A program made the position numbers and the translations under genes. From the NCBI RefSeq assembly GCF_000142905.1, contig NW_013657638.1:213103-277102 (forward strand): a DNA stretch of 64,000 nucleotides. The letters run 5' to 3'. Shown piece after piece: positions 1-10,073 of this stretch (position 1 is the first letter of the stretch; every line of letters begins with the position of its first letter). Below the pieces are notes generated by a model. It was not told the DNA's origin. It searched no databases and was given only the letters and a program-made list of their open reading frames with translations. Source of the stretch: Thecamonas trahens ATCC 50062. Lineage: Eukaryota > Protista > Apusomonadida.

Positions 1-1493
1 AGACTCACGTTGGATGGCGGTGTCGCCCAGCACGTCGAGTTGTCGCCGCCGCATACGCCGCAAGCGTCGAGAGCGGCAGTCGAGTTGACGCCAGCATCGC
101 AGCCGGTGAGGCAGGAGAAGGCCTCCCAGGCGAGGCATGGTGACGAGAGGTGGATGGCTACGCCGCCCGAGAACGTTAAGGCCCCGTTGGTGTGGCGGTG
201 GTTCCCGATCAGTACATCATCGCCCCAGACGTCGTTGTTCACGTTGGCCATCACCAGCGAGTCGCCGTACTTGCACGCGCCAGCAGGCCCGGCCTCGGTG
301 AAGTAGTTCGCGGCACCAACGGCGGCGTTGTCGCCTGGATGAAGGTTGGCGCCGAGGAATAGGTACGCCCCGTCGCAGGGATCGACCACAAGAACGTCGG
401 TCTTGTTGTCCCGGTCGATGTCGCCGGCCGTGAACGTCGTGCCAAACAGCGAGCCTGGGGCTCCGCGGAGAATGATGTCGGCCGTCGAGACGTTAGTGAC
501 TCCGGACGGGGGCGAGGCGGTTCCAAAGTGGATGTACACACTGCCGCGAAAGGATGGTGCTGTTGCTGGCTCGCCAGGGGCAGAGAGAATAAAGTCCGGC
601 TCGCCGTCGCCGTTGACATCATACATCGCCACGTAGGTGCCAAGATTCTGATTGATAACGTTGGTGGTCTCTGGGACAAAGGTAGCGATAGCTTGCGATG
701 TATCATGTGTGCCGCCGAGAGCAACTAGCGCGTCGAGATCAAAAACATAAACCTGACCGCAGCGCTCGCAACTAAGGTATGACTCACGTGCTCCGACTAC
801 GAGAAAGTCGGATCCGGATGTAGACTGGGCAATGGAGAGTGAGCCTCCAAACAGCGAGCCGGTTTCTGCAACGGCCTCGATTACCACTGTTGCAGCTGTT
901 GATGGCAGAGGAGGTCCATCAGCAAGCAACGTCGCCGTCGAGAAGATGAATAATCTTCCACTTGGGGCGCTTTGCTTCTCGCCCACAACAGCCACGGTGC
1001 TGGTAGCAGCAATTGCATCTCCAAACAAACCACCACCAGATACACCAGTGATAGTTGCGTTTGCAGCCAGGTTGAAAACGTCGAAGAATACATACACTCT
1101 TCCAGTGTTCTCGAAGCTGCTTGCTCCGACCAGAACGTCATCCTGTCCATCACCGTCAATGTCTGAGCATACAAGGGCTCGGCCAAAACCATGGTTCTTG
1201 TGCTCACCCTCAATCCGGACATCAGCTGAAGCTGCAGATAGATCGCTTTCATAGTCATGGCCACTTGAACCAAGGAAGATGTACACGATGCCCGGAGCCT
1301 GTGAAAAGAGCTGGGGACCCCCAAAAGCGCAGTCCACGAGACCATCGCCGTCAAGGTCGCAGCAGGCCGATGAGAAGCCCAACATCTGGCGCACGATGTC
1401 CCCCTGGACCGTGACCTCTGGAAGGAGGGAGGAGCCAGTTGCAAAATGAAAGATCAAGGCCGCCACAAGGAGGCACACGTGCGGAGGTGTCAT
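1..1493 (-). CDS. Secreted/surface FG-GAP (integrin-alpha-like) beta-propeller protein followed by an ADAMTS-like Cys-rich motif; 3' end runs off the window
   Basis: Absent from the ORF track because it is open at the left edge. Hand translation from ATG 1493 gives a signal peptide MTPPHVCLLVAALIFHFATG, then about 7 blades with Ca-loops DLDGDGLVD, DIDGDGQDDVLVGA, DVNGDGEPDFILSAP, DIDRDNKTDVLV and NVNNDVWGDDVLIG, plus FG..., GRVYVF and GSVYIHFG motifs. It ends ...GCDAGVNSTAALDACGVCGGDNSTC. Confidence 0.88.
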   Translation of the reverse strand, partial: MTPPHVCLLVAALIFHFATGSSLLPEVTVQGDIVRQMLGFSSACCDLDGDGLVDCAFGGPQLFSQAPGIVYIFLGSSGHDYESDLSAASADVRIEGEHKNHGFGRALVCSDIDGDGQDDVLVGASSFENTGRVYVFFDVFNLAANATITGVSGGGLFGDAIAATSTVAVVGEKQSAPSGRLFIFSTATLLADGPPLPSTAATVVIEAVAETGSLFGGSLSIAQSTSGSDFLVVGARESYLSCERCGQVYVFDLDALVALGGTHDTSQAIATFVPETTNVINQNLGTYVAMYDVNGDGEPDFILSAPGEPATAPSFRGSVYIHFGTASPPSGVTNVSTADIILRGAPGSLFGTTFTAGDIDRDNKTDVLVVDPCDGAYLFLGANLHPGDNAAVGAANYFTEAGPAGACKYGDSLVMANVNNDVWGDDVLIGNHRHTNGALTFSGGVAIHLSSPCLAWEAFSCLTGCDAGVNSTAALDACGVCGGDNSTCWATPPSNVS

Positions 1494-1787
1494 GCGCGCT
1501 ACTGGCACGTGGAGCACGGGTGCGTAGAGCTCAACAGCTGCGTCCGCAAGCTAGTGAGGAGAGACGTGTGATCAAGGTACCGGATACCTGCAGGTGGTAC
1601 AGTTGGAGGTGGCTAGAGGCCGTTGGATGCGCGCGCCAATGCGCGCGCCTTCCACGGCTGGTGAATCTCCCGGGAACTTGGGTGGGAGGTGCACTAGCCA
1701 ATTTGAAGTGTTCCCGGGAGATGCTGCCAACGCTTCGCGCGCACGATCTCACGCCCGTTTGCAAGCACCCCTCTAGCGTGCGGTACC

Positions 1788-2361
1788 ATGTACGTGCGCC
1801 ATGAGTTCCTTCACGCTGCTGCTCTGATCTTCGTCTTGTGCGTGGTGCCATCTTCATCTGCCACCGATGTCTCGCTCTCGGTCAGCTGTTGCCAACACGA
1901 CGTTGTCAGCACCAGGCTCGAGTGTAGCGATCACGCTCACGGCCACAAACCGCGGCATCGGCGCTGTCCCCCGGTGGAGCCTCGCCCACACCGAACCCAG
2001 CGCGCTGACGCTGGTGTCCCGGCCTGACGGCGCTCTTCCGGCGCTGCAGCCGCAAGCGTCGCACACAGCGACGTTTGTGTTCCGGCTCGGAGCGAGCGAG
2101 AACCAGCAGATCGTGTCGTTTACAGCGCTGGCAGCGCCCGAGTACGGCACGGACATGACGCCTGTGAACAACACGGTGCAGGTGGCGATCACCATCGCCA
2201 CTACAAGCCCTGATAGTGCCGTCACTATGCCGACCGAGTCAGCCGTGATCGGCGCGTCTATCGTGACAGTGTCGATGCTGGCATACGCTGGGTTGCTGCT
2301 GGTAGCGACGGGCTTGACGCTGGTTGTGCGCCGGCGTGCGCTGTCACAGAGCTGGCGCTGA
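1788..2361 (+). CDS. Small type-I membrane protein with a DUF11/CARDB-like Ig-fold domain (frameshift at about 1880-1885)
   Basis: The signal peptide MYVRHEFLHAAALIFVLCVVPSSSA-TDVSLS is in the frame of ORF 1788. It continues in the frame of ORF 1867 as AVANTTLSAPGSSVAITLTATNRG...DMTPVNNT (DUF11-like), then a TM helix (VSMLAYAGLLLVATGLTLVV) and an RRR stop-transfer. Confidence 0.6.
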
Positions 2362-2370
2362 GCGCACACT

Positions 2371-3856
2371 TTACTGAAGTGAAGCTGCGAGATTGACAAG
2401 GGTGTCGGTCGGAACGCCAGAGAGCGCGGCAGCGAGCCGCTCCTTGATGGTGGCCTCGTCGAGACCTTGGAGCTCGTCGAGGTTGACGCCCGGAATCATC
2501 GGGGTCGGCGGCGGCGTGGCATGCTCCATCCGGCGCGGCGGCGGCGGCTGCCTTACCGGTGAGATGGGTGGCGAGGAGGCGTAAGGCGAGCGCGGCGCAA
2601 TAGCCGGGTGGGAGTATGCGTGCGGCGGTGGTGAACGGCCATCGGCCGGATCGTACATGGTAAAGGTGGGTGTGCCTGCTGCGCCAAGGTCGACGCCTAC
2701 CAGATCGGCAAGCCAGTCGTCCTCGCCACAGATCGCGCCGCGAAAGACAAGCTCGCGAACTACAACCGGGGCGTGGGCTGCGTTGCGGTTAGCGCGGAGC
2801 GTCGCGGCATCGCAGAGGTCGCGAACAGACCAGGATGGGAGCTCTGGTGCGGCGATGAGGAACGTGCGATCGCCGACAATGACGCGCACGCGGGTCAGTC
2901 CCGTGTGTGCGCGCCGCGGCGACGACTCGGACGACGAGTAGTCGTCCGATCCCTGGCTGCACCGGCTCTTGCGCTTGGCCTTGCGCCGCCGGGAGCTCCG
3001 ATGCTTTCTCCGCCGATGCTTGCGACGGGAACCGCGCTTGCGAGTACGGCGGTGCGGTGAGTCCGGAACTGAGCCCGAGCCTGAGCAAGAGTCCGAGCTA
3101 GAGTCGATGAGCGGAAGGCTGATCTTACCCGCCCGCACGGACGAGAGCTCCGACGCGGCCTTGAGCGCGTCCCACATGTCAGCCGACACGTCTGCGCCCT
3201 TCTCCTTCTCCTCTGCGGCAGAACGCAGTAGAGCAGCAGCAAGCTTGTCAATCATGACGTCCGACTCTGTGCGACCGCGCGGCGGTTTTGCGGCATGCGG
3301 CGCGTGCGGAGGGGCGTAGACCTCGCGCTGCGGAGCCCATTTGGAGGTGATCGGGCTGATCTGCGGGGCCATAGCACCGAGGTAAGCGGCTTGTGCAGCA
3401 TGTCTGCCCATTCCCGATCCCAAGTCTTGTCCGGCACTACCTCCTGCGGCAGCCCTGGCGGCCTTGACCTCATCGGCGATGTGAAGGGCAAAGAGGAGCG
3501 CGCCCTGAGCCGACTCATCAGCGGAAGCAGCATGAACAGCAGCGAGACAGAGGTGAACAGCATCCTCTGCGAGGAGAGCAAGACGATCCAACGCAGGCAA
3601 GATGAGATCGAATTGACCTTGCGAATGAAGCAGACCATCAGCAGCCAGAGCAGCCTTGGCCGATGCCGAGAAGCGGATGGCCTGCATGAGACCGCCCTGA
3701 GCCAAAGGCGCCGATGCCGGAGACGGGGCGGCAGCCAGAGTAGCTGTGGCCTCTGCCACCGCACCATCAAGAAGGGCACATGCAGAGGGTGCTACCTGGG
3801 TGTGCTGCATGGTGGCGTGGGACTGTGTGTGGCGACGAGTGGTCTCGTCCTCGTCC

Positions 3857-3892
<36 letters not shown>

Positions 3893-4061
3893 CCGTCGCT
3901 GTCGGCGACCGTTGGCAGGACCTGGTGCCAGGCAGTAGAGGGGAACGCGGGGAACATGGTGAGGAGAGCGGTTGGTGGGACGGTGGAGCACGCCAGCGCA
4001 TCGGATATCAGTCGCGCATTCTTGTGGTGCACCTGGATCAGTTTGCATCGTTACCATCATG

Positions 4062-4109
<48 letters not shown>

Positions 4110-4239
4110 ATCGTGGTCATCGTCACCATCATGGTCATCATCATGGTCATCATCAGCATCGTTGTCATCGGCATTGCCGTCGGTATCGCCGTCGCCACCC
4201 AAGACGATGGCGACTCACACCATAGTCAACCATCCCCAT
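2371..4239 (-). CDS. Uncharacterised low-complexity protein (acidic, helical, Ser/Arg-basic and Pro-rich segments); probable short first exon 4239-4219 and intron 4033-4218
   Basis: 553-aa ORF 2371-4032 with genome-typical codon usage. A putative GTGAGT donor (4218) and CTGAT...CCAG acceptor (4033) join MGMVDYG to VHHKNARL in phase 0. Confidence 0.55.
4045..4170. repeat. (TCATCG)n-type microsatellite, imperfect at its flanks
   Basis: Directly visible; it lies in the putative intron and produces spurious poly-S, HR and MT ORFs. Confidence 0.85.
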
Positions 4240-4397
4240 ACTGATGCCATCCCCATGGACCACGGCAACCGTGGCGCCGTCCGCCGTGACGCCAAACCGA
4301 CCGTTGAGTCAGTGGCACGACAGCTGGAGCCAGAGGACCACAGCCACGGCACACTTCTCCTCACACACACATACACACACACACACACATCACAGAC

Positions 4398-5150
4398 ATG
4401 GCAAGTCCTCCACTGACCGCCTTCCGTACGCTGGGAACCAAGATTGTGGCTATCGGGCGCAACTACGCGGCCCACGCCGCCGAGTTGGCCAACCCTGTCC
4501 CAGCTGCTCCGGTCGTCTTTCTCAAGCCGACCTCGGCGTACATCGGGCCTGGGGAGGCCATCCGCGTCCCGATGGGCGTGCCGGAGCTGCATCATGAGGT
4601 CGAGCTGTGTGTGGTCATCGGCGAGTCGGCAAAGGGTCTGGATCTTCCGGCCGATCCGTCACCGGCTGCGGCCAAGGCGGGCGCCGGGGTTGATGCTGCC
4701 GTGGATGCCGCCATGGCGGTCGTCGGAGGCTACGCGCTCGGTCTGGACATGACCGCTCGCGAGGTGCAGAGCGTGGCCAAGGGGAAGGGCCTGCCGTGGA
4801 CCGAGGCAAAGGGCCGCGACACCTACGCCCCGATCTCGGACCTCATCGCCAAGGACGCGCTCGGCGATGACGTCCACGACGTCCGGCTGTGGGCAGAAGT
4901 CAACGGCGAGCTGCGGCAGGACGGCGGTGCCACTGACATGCTGTTTTCGGTCCCGTACCTGGTTGCGTACGTCTCGCGGCTGATGTCGCTCGCTCCTGGC
5001 GACGTGATCATGACCGGCACTCCGTCGGGGGTGGGCCCTGTGGTGCCCGGTGACTCGATCCGCGTCGGCCTCGCCCGCGGCGCCGACAACGTCGCGCACG
5101 CCGATCCGGTCGCCGACCTCACATTCGCCGTCGAGCAGGGCATGTGGTAG
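4398..5150 (+). CDS. FAHD1: Fumarylacetoacetate hydrolase family protein (acylpyruvase/oxaloacetate decarboxylase FAHD1)
   Basis: KIVAIGRNYAAHAAEL, FLKPTS, HHEVEL, LDMTAR, LPWTEAKGRDT, GDVIMTGTPSGVGP. Confidence 0.93.
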   Translation: MASPPLTAFRTLGTKIVAIGRNYAAHAAELANPVPAAPVVFLKPTSAYIGPGEAIRVPMGVPELHHEVELCVVIGESAKGLDLPADPSPAAAKAGAGVDAAVDAAMAVVGGYALGLDMTAREVQSVAKGKGLPWTEAKGRDTYAPISDLIAKDALGDDVHDVRLWAEVNGELRQDGGATDMLFSVPYLVAYVSRLMSLAPGDVIMTGTPSGVGPVVPGDSIRVGLARGADNVAHADPVADLTFAVEQGMW

Positions 5151-5264
5151 CCGGGCTGCACCCAATCAGCCTCCAATGCACAGAAACGAACGGCAACAAT
5201 AGACAGATAGATATGCAGGTAGGATTGTTTGATGGGGAGGGGGGGGGGGAGGCTCACGCCGAGC

Positions 5265-8200
5265 TCAGTTGAGCCAGTCAAGATCCGGGTCGTCGAGGCC
5301 GGACGACGCCGCCGCCGGCTTCTTGGCGGTTGAGCTCTGTGAGAACCTCCTGGAACTCGGCCTTCTCGGCCGGGGTGGCCTCGTTGGCGAGCCATGCAGC
5401 GATCTGTGGCTTCTTGGTCGAGTCAGCCTTGGGCGTCGACTTGGGCTTGAAGTCGCCGAGGAAGTCGTCCGAGTCCGAGTCGCTGCCAAAGAGGTCAGCC
5501 GCCTTGCTCTTAGCTGGTGCGGGCTTGTCCGCGGGCTCATCGGCCGCATCCGCGTCCGCCTCTGCGGCCGCGTCGGCGTCGGCATCATCCTCCTCGTCCG
5601 AGAACACGATCCGCTCGCGCTTGGCCGCCGGCGCCGGCGACGCAAACCCGTCGTCGTCGTCTGACATGTCGCCAAACAGGTCGGCAGCCTTGGACGCCGC
5701 CTTGGGCGCATCGTCCTCAGCCTCGTCCTCGCCGTCGTCGTCGTCGTCGTCGTCGGCAGGCGGTGGCGGATGGTCAAACGCGTCGTCGTCAGCCTCGTCG
5801 CCCGCGTCAAACGCGTCGCCCGCGTCAAACGCGTCGCCCGCGTCAAACGCGTCGCCCGACTCGGCCTCGTCGGCGTCGGCCGCAGGTGCGAGCGGGTCGT
5901 CCACGACATCCTCGTCCTCGTCCTCGTCGGCGTCGGCATCGCTGTCGGCCTTGCGCGCAGCAGCCTCGGCCTTGGCGCCGCCATACACCACATCATCATC
6001 CTCCATCAGCTCGGCCAGCTCATCGTCCGAGTACGCGCGAGCGGGCGCAGCGGCCTCGGTCTCAGCCTCCACCTCGATCTTGCCCTCGTCTTCGCCGTCG
6101 GCCTTGGCCTCGCTCTCGGCCTCGACCGCAGCCTCCACCTCGACCTCGGCAGCTGCAGCGCCGAGCGGGTCCACAATCTCGTCCTCAGCCTCAGTCTCAG
6201 CCTCGGCCTCGGCCTCGTCCTCACCCTCGTCCTCGGCCTCGTTCTCGGCAGCAGATGCGCCACCGGCGCCGCTGCCAGCCTCGAGCAGCTCGAGCGTGGT
6301 CTTCTTGATGACGGTGATGACCGACTCAAGAATAGCCGGCGTCTCGTACATCGAGTCCTCGTCAAACTCGTCTGCAATGTTGAAGTAGACCTGCGACATG
6401 ATGGCCTTGACAGACTCGTTCTTGTCGTCTTCGGCCTGAGCGAGCGCGGCGCGGAGGCGGCGGACCTCACCCGAGGCCGGAGCGCCGCCAGCGCCGCCGG
6501 TGAGGGCCAGCGCCTCGGCGGTGCCCTTCTCGACACCGTCCTGCATGCCCTTGGAGTACGCCTGCTCCACAGCCTTGTTCTTCTCGGACATAACGTCCTG
6601 GCGGCCGCGCTCGTAGGCCGCAAGCTCGGCCTCCTGCTTGTCGCGCTGTGCCTTGTGCATGGCCGAGTTGGTGATGGTGACCTCCTGCTGGCGCATGAGC
6701 GCCTGCCACTTGTCCTCCTGCTCCTTCTCGATGCGGGCAATGGTCTCCTGCGAGATGACGCCCGACGCCAGCCGCTCCTGCCGGAGTGACTCGCGCATGC
6801 TGTCGATCTCCGTCTCCAGCCGCTTCTTCTCCTCATTGAAGAGCGACTCGATGCGCCGCAGATCGGCGGCGTACTTCTTCTTGCGGGCCGCGAGCTCCTC
6901 CTCGGCCGACTGGCGGAACTGCTTCTCCTCCAGAAGCTCCTCCTGCAGCGTCTCGACCTTGCGGAGCGCAACCTTGCGCGCAGCCTTCTCGTCCTTGTAC
7001 GTCTTGGTCAGCAGCTCGACCTGCGTCTCATCGTCCTTCTGCTGAATCCGCATCTTCTGGCACGCCTCCTTGACCTTGGCCAGCTCCGACGTCGTCGCCT
7101 CGAGCTCCGCCCGCAGCTGGTTGCGCTCCAGCTTGAGCTTGGCCATTTGCCGCGTCGCCTCTGAGAGCTCGGCCTGCGCCTCGGCAAGCGCGTTGTCGGC
7201 CTTGGCCTTCTCCATGTGCAAGTCCTGCAGCTGTCGCCGCGCCTCGGCCGCCGAGTGCTTCAACGTGTCGTTGCGCTGCTCGATGATCCGCGACGAGTCG
7301 TCGATGTACTGCTCGTTCTTGGCGAGGAGCTTCGAGACCTTGTCTGTGAGAATGTCGATCCGGTGCGTCTTGTCAAAGTTCTCGCGCTTGAGAATGTCGT
7401 TCTCCATGATGATCCGTTGCAGGTTCTGCAGAAGAATGAGGCCCGACATGCGGTTCTCCTCCGAGCCAAGCCCGCGGAACGGGTCGACGTGGTCAATCTT
7501 CATCGACACCTCGTCGAGCTTGCCCGACATGGTCCCGAGCTGAACACGGAGCTCGTTCTGGTTCTTCTGGTTGTCAAGGAGGAGCTGAACCACCGACGGG
7601 TCCGCGCCGAGCGCCGAGCCGAGGCCCATCGCCGGCCCGCCTCCACCCGCGGCGTACCCGCTCTGGCCCTGCGCCATGCTCCCGCCCTGGCCCTGTGCCA
7701 TGCTCCCGCCCTGGCCCTGGCCCTGCGCCATACCTCCACCCTGGCCCTGCATCGGCACCATCGCGGCAGGCCCGTACCCGGCTTGCGTCTGCATCGGCAC
7801 CGCCATCGCTCGCATCCGCTCCATCACTCCCGCGCCGCCGGCCTGCTGCCCGCTTGCGCCGCTGGCCGGCGCCTTCTTCGACTTGACCAGCGCCACCTCG
7901 TAGCACAGCGCCGAGTTGGGCGGGACATTGGCCGAGCCCTGCGTCCCGTACGCCAGCGCCGCAGGCACAATGATGATCCGCCGCGCGCCCTTGTGCATGC
8001 CGACCATGCCCTCGGAGAGACCCGGCGGCGCTCCCGGCGCGCCAAGCTGCATCTTGTGCTTGGTGTCGAGGCCCTTGGAGACAAACACGTTGCCGAGCTG
8101 GCCCGAGCCCGAGATCACGTACCCGGTGAACGAGCACGTCGCAATGTCGCCCTGCGCAGCCGGCGCAGAGTCCTTCTTCCCGGCCGCAAGCGTGTGCGTC

Positions 8201-9050
8201 ACCACCTCGCGCGGCCGGAGCAGCGCCTTGGCAATCGCAAGGTACCGCACCCAATTGTCACGATCGGCGGTCGAGCCGAACTTGAGCGACCACGACTGCT
8301 TGTTGCCGTCAAGTAGCGAGAGGTAGAGCGAGGCCTGCGTCACGCACGACGTGCCTGGCACCACGGGCGTCTCGCACACCCGCTGCTGCGACGGCAGGTA
8401 CAGCACAATCCGGAACTGCTCTGCAGCCTGCGAGCCCAGAATCGCGGCGCCCACGGTGCCCACGTCCTCATACCGCCGGTTCACCGAGTCGCTATCCCAC
8501 CGCACATCCCACGTGAGTCACCCTTCCACCGTCTCGGGGCCACCATCCTCGCCGCAGCCATGGCTACCGCTGCCCGCCACCGTCGTCTTCGATTTTTTTG
8601 GCCGAAGTCACGCGGCGGGGCGAGGTGGGGGGGCATGGGCCACCTGGCGGTGGGGGGGACGGAGCAAGTCGAAGCAAGACACAGAAAGCATGCAGAGCGG
8701 TGCAGGGGACCGCAAGGAAGGGGGTAGAGTGTATGTGGGAGGATGGCATGCTGCTGGCAGAGCACGTACTACTTCTGCAGGTGCACCGAGTTGTGGTGGA
8801 GGACAGCGTTGGGATCGCCTCCCGAGCTGGCACCACCCGCCGCCGACTGGGACGCCTCCTCAGCAGCCATGACGCCACCAGAGCGAGAGCCACCAGTAGC
8901 ACGACTGGGCTGGTGCTCGGGCTGGTACTGAAAGTTACCGTTCTCCCCACCGCCTCCATTGCTACCGTTGAACACCTGCCCAAGGTGAGATCCTCCGCCA
9001 ACGTCGCGCTCAAACATGGCGTCGTCGCCCGTGTTGCCGAACGAGAACAT
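5265..9050 (-). CDS. FKBP15: FKBP15 (WAFL) homologue: WH1-like domain, FKBP domain, coiled coil and acidic tail; exon 1 9050-8770, intron 8492-8769, frameshift near 5330
   Basis: The N-terminus MFSFGNTGDDAMF...LGQVF...NFQYQPEHQP resembles FKBP15. A GTACGT/TAG splice gives HLQKYDSVNRRYEDVGTVGAAILG...FRIVLY. FKBP motif GLSEGMVGMHKGARRIIIVPAALAYG...VPPNSAL, then a long coiled coil. The C-terminus LDDPDLDWLN* lies in the adjacent frame and resembles the FKBP15 acidic DW end. Confidence 0.88.
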
Positions 9051-9084
9051 GTTGCGGTTCGGCGAGACGAGTGCCGGCGGCTGC

Positions 9085-9212
9085 CCTCAGACCGACCGCC
9101 AACCGCCGCCCGCCGACCGCCGCCCGACCGCCGCCCGCCGCCCCGACCAACGACCGCCGCCCAACCAACGACCGCCGGCCGACCACCGACTGCTGATCAA
9201 CGACCGACCGAA
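9085..9212. repeat. Low-complexity CCGA/CCGC repeats upstream of FKBP15
   Basis: Visible imperfect accgcc/ccgacc runs. Confidence 0.6.
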
Positions 9213-9239
9213 ACAGGCGTGTGTTTTCGTGATCTGATG

Positions 9240-9916
9240 TCCCTCAGCCCATCCCAAACGCCCTCTCTGATCTCTGTCCCTCAGCCCATCCCAGACGCCC
9301 TCTCTGATCTCTGTCCCTCAGCCCATCCCAGACGCCCTCTCTGATCTCTGTCCCTCAGCCCATCCCAAACGCCCTCTCTGATCTCTGTCCCTCAGCCCAT
9401 CCCAAACGCCCTCTCTGATCTCTGTCCCTCAGCCCATCCCAAACGCCCTCTCTGATCTCTGTCCCTCAGCCCATCCCAAACGCCCTCTCTGATCTCTGTC
9501 CCTCAGCCCATCCCAAACGCCCTCTCTGATCTCTGTCCCTCAGCCCATCCCAAACGCCCTCTCTGATCTCTGTCCCTCAGCCCATCCCAGACGCCCTCTC
9601 TGATCTCTGTCCCTCAGCCCATCCCAGACGCCCTCTCTGATCTCTGTCCCTCAGCCCATCCCAAACGCCCTCTCTGATCTCTGTCCCTCAGCCCATCCCA
9701 AACGCCCTCTCTGATCTCTGTCCCTCAGCCCATCCCAAACGCCCTCTCTGATCTCTGTCCCTCGGCCCATCCCAAACGCCCTCTCTGATCTCTGTCCCTC
9801 AGCCCATCCCAGACGCCCTCTCTGATCTCTGTCCCTCAGCCCATCCCAGACGCCCTCTCTGATCTCTGTCCCTCAGCCCATCCCAAACGCCCTCTCTGAT
9901 CTCTGTCCCTCAGCCC
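9240..9916. repeat. 37-bp minisatellite, about 18.3 copies (TCCCTCAGCCCATCCCA[A/G]ACGCCCTCTCTGATCTCTG)
   Basis: Unit starts run 9240, 9277 ... 9906 at a period of 37. Copies are near-identical apart from one A/G variable site and have no spacers. Confidence 0.97.
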
Positions 9917-10073
9917 AAAGCAAGTGTGCCCACAGCAGTCATCTGCCGCCCCAGCCCAAAGGCCTTGATCGCTGCGTCCAGCCACCCGGCCAGGTCACGC
10001 CCGCGACCCGTCGTCACTCCTGCCCCCCCCCCACAGACACACCGAGTCACAGGCGTCTCTTCACGGGGAAGAG

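Noticed and set aside
9240-9916. 37-bp repeat array as a CRISPR array
   Set aside because: The units are contiguous with no unique spacers, there are no cas genes, and the context is eukaryotic.
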